From assembly GCA_905178155.1 (NCBI GenBank), contig CAJINV010000020.1, forward strand, positions 186,001 to 250,000: a DNA stretch of 64,000 bases, given 5' to 3'. The translations under genes were made by a program, and so were the position numbers. The stretch is from Amoebophrya sp. A120 (taxonomy: Eukaryota; Protista; Dinoflagellata). Numbering within the stretch: the first letter of the stretch is position 1; each line of letters opens with the position of its first letter. Positions 61,123-64,000 of the stretch are shown here, one piece after another. The notes beneath the pieces are model-generated. The model had not been told where the DNA came from. It did not search any database and saw nothing but the letters and a program-made list of their open reading frames with translations.

Positions 61123-63668
61123 TTACGCACCGCACTTTCGCCGCTTCGGGCTGGAGGTGCGTCCCTTGCAGGTGTCCGCGCTTGTGAAGGGGGTTTTCAC
61201 GTCCGCCTGGCACCCCGACTTCCTGCCCGGTTGCTCTTCCGAGTGCGACGGCGCGTTAAATCGTTCCTTGTCGTACGCCTGTTCGTGCACGCCCGCGACC
61301 GCGCGGCCGCTGGCGTCCGCCCGGTTCTGGAAGCTGGCGTCCCACTTCAACGCAGTTTCCGAGGAGCACGCGATCGAATCCTGCCACGCAACGCACTCCA
61401 TCGCGGAAACGTTGTGCTCGCCAAACAGCTCTGAAAAGATGTCGCGATACAGGTAGGCCTCCTTCGTTTTCGGCGTCTTTTGCGGAAATCTGGGAATGTG
61501 TATGATGTGGTGTTAACATTTAGAAGTTGCTCAGCTCCTCGCTTCTTCTCAAAGGATTCTTTTCAAGATGTTCAAATGGCTGCGAGTCGACAGTAAGAGT
61601 TGTTCATCTTGCTGCAACTATTGCTCGGCAGTATTAACTGAGGCAGAATGCTCTTGGCAGGAATCGCATGCCCGCACCCCTGCCTTCGCATCGTTGCAGA
61701 TCTCTACTAGCGGCCGGGACACAGCGATGATTTAGAAAATTTAGAACTCACGGCTATGTTGCTCTTCGGTCTAGTACCCTTTCTGCTACTACGTATAGAA
61801 AATATCCTACGTTACAGAAGCAATGACAAAACCATATCCGTACCCCTACCTGAATCTGGCCGCTTCCATTTGCTTGTCCGAGATGATTTTTTCGGCGTGC
61901 TCCTGAATGGCGTCGATCCAGGAGTACCCCACCCCGTCCGAAAACTGTTCCTTTTGCCGCCACAGCACGTCCTGGGGCAGGTAGGGGTCTTTTTCCACGT
62001 CAAACGCCTTGCGCAACAGGTACTTCTCGCACCGGGGCTTTCCCGTCTCTTCGTCGCGGCACATCTTCTGCGCTGGGTCCATGGAAAACGCAAAGTCCAG
62101 AAACCTGCGGTCCAAGAAGGGCACCCGCGCCTCCAGACTCCAGGCCATCGTGGCCTTGTTCGCGCGGAGACAATCGTACTTGGACAGCTGCGCCACCTTG
62201 CGCAGCGTTTCCTCGTGAAATTCCTCACGGTTGGGCGCCTTGTGGAAGTAGAGGTACCCGCCAAAAATCTCGTCCGCGCCCTCACCGGAGAGCACCATTT
62301 TGATGCCCGTGGCCCGGATTTTTCGGCTCATCAAGAACATCGGGGTGGAGGCCCGGATCGTGGTCACGTCAAAGGTTTCGATGTGGTAAATCACCTGTTG
62401 TGTGGTGGGGAATGTGACCACGGGGATAATTCTTCTGTTTTTGCAAAATGTAAAGAGCGCACTACAAGAATAGGTGCTGCATTGACATTCACCTGCACGG
62501 TTGGTTCTTCTGTGGAAGCGAATTTACGCAACTCGTCGTACCGAGTTTGCATATCTACGCAGTTTTACTCTACCCGCAACAAGCGGCACCTGTTCCGGAC
62601 TTCCAAGCTCCTGCATTTTCACAAGACCTAGCACCACCTAGAGTAGCAAAGTACCTCTCGCAGCGCGTCGATTCCCTGCTGCAAGGTAAAAGTGTAGGCG
62701 TGATGCACCGTTCCGAGAAAATCCGCTACTTGCTTTGCCGCCTTGTGGTCGGGACTGTTTTCGAGGCCGATGCAGAAGGAGTGCAATCGCGAAAGTCGCA
62801 GCGGTGCCTCCGACCCGCTCTGTGCGCACTGATCGGCGCCCTGCGCGCGGATGGCCTTGGCCGTGATGGAAGCAACCAGGGAACTGTCCAATTTATGCAT
62901 GGGAAATACGGGGCTCCGCTAGTCTGAAAAGAAGTAGATTTTTTGTACGTTCAGTTTAATTTCCACGCGAGGAAGGGAGCACATTGCGGTACTATTAGCG
63001 CGAAACAACGCTGCCTCACTGTTGGTACGCTCAGAGCGACTCCGCGACGTTGCGGACTACGCATAACCAGAGTAATTCCTAAAACCTGTGGTGCCTACGT
63101 GCGCATTCTAGAACACTGCATTGTGCGTATTCATCCGAGAGTTTCTGCATGACAAGCTAAATCCACCGTCTCCTTCTTCCAGACCCGCGGAACATGAACA
63201 TCGTATTTCCCGTGCATACAAGCCTCCCGACAGCAAAACTCCGTACGGCACGTCCGCCATTAGATGGGATTTCACGGAGTCCTCAAAGGCGTGCCGCAGC
63301 TCCGCTGGCGTGATGCGCTTCTGTGGCGGCGGCGGGTAGGCGCTGAGGACCTTGTGGTCCTGCAGAAACCAGGCGGTTTTGCTGTCGCCGACTAAATACG
63401 GCTCAAACTTCTGCGTTCGCGAGTCGTACACCATACCGGGCGGAAATTCGTGGAACTGCACGCACTCCTTGACCAGCACCTTCATCTCCGACGCCACCCA
63501 GAAACTGCCGTCCTTCCCCTGGCCGTAGTAGAGGGGGATAATCCCGATCGCGTCCCGGGCCACCACGAAAGCCCCCGTTCGCTCGTCCAGGATCACGCAC
63601 CCGAACATGCCGCACACCTGGTTCTTTTTCAAAAACTCCGCGCCGTCCCGCGCGTAGAGGTGGAGAAG
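61123..63668 (-). CDS. ASNS: Glutamine-dependent asparagine synthetase, 5' part outside window
   Basis: [67 protein letters not shown]; one introner and two GT-AG introns. Confidence 0.95.
62894..63218. mobile_element. Introner splitting the SGGLDS motif
   Basis: 17-bp TIR TATGCA(T/C)GGGAAATACG; flanks CAATT/CAAGC; removal + 5 nt restores SGGLDSS. Confidence 0.9.
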
Positions 63669-64000
63669 GTGTTGTGGAATGGAAAATTTGTTTTGTTTCC
63701 TCCGACAACAAGAGTGAATCGATACAGAGCTGCCTACACAAGCATACTAGCGCTTGCGCGTTTTATACAAACTCTACTTGTTGCCTTGTCGTGGAAGTAC
63801 ATATACAAGTGGAACATCCTCGTCCTCCGATGAAATTACTCACCAAACACAAAAGGAATGGACCCTGCTGATGTTGTGGCACACTTACAAAAAAGCCTCC
63901 CAAACTGTGGTAGCTACTTCTAACCGTTCTTTCTTTTCCTCCAAGACCAAAAGTGATTCTCCCCTGTTGTGTGGAAAAAACGAATAATAATCCCAGTTGA

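Overview
Eukaryotic genomic DNA, most likely a syndinian dinoflagellate such as Amoebophrya (inferred from the intron architecture and one-strand gene clustering). About 14 genes, essentially all on the minus strand: LRR protein (partial), a glutaredoxin with an in-frame TGA at the active-site Cys position (probable selenoprotein), a C-terminal TM protein, a Ser/acidic low-complexity protein, two INCENP-like IN-box paralogues, a myristoylated twin-CX9C protein, an F-box protein, a DnaJ-ankyrin protein, a class I PLP aminotransferase, a SNF2-RING ATPase resembling the DNMT5 ATPase module, thymidine kinase, a hypothetical protein, RPL37 and asparagine synthetase (5' end outside window). Besides ordinary GT-AG introns, the genes carry about 22 short (140-470 bp) MITE-like introner elements from several families, with terminal inverted repeats, TA...TA ends and 5-bp target-site duplications. 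Removing the element plus exactly 5 nt restores the reading frame at every complete minus-strand element, and rebuilds conserved motifs where homology is recognisable. Diverged duplications fix the junction, giving a single rule: intron = N|TAT...ATA-NNNN, with no GT or AG requirement, readable in either element orientation. All splice models are inferred from DNA only.
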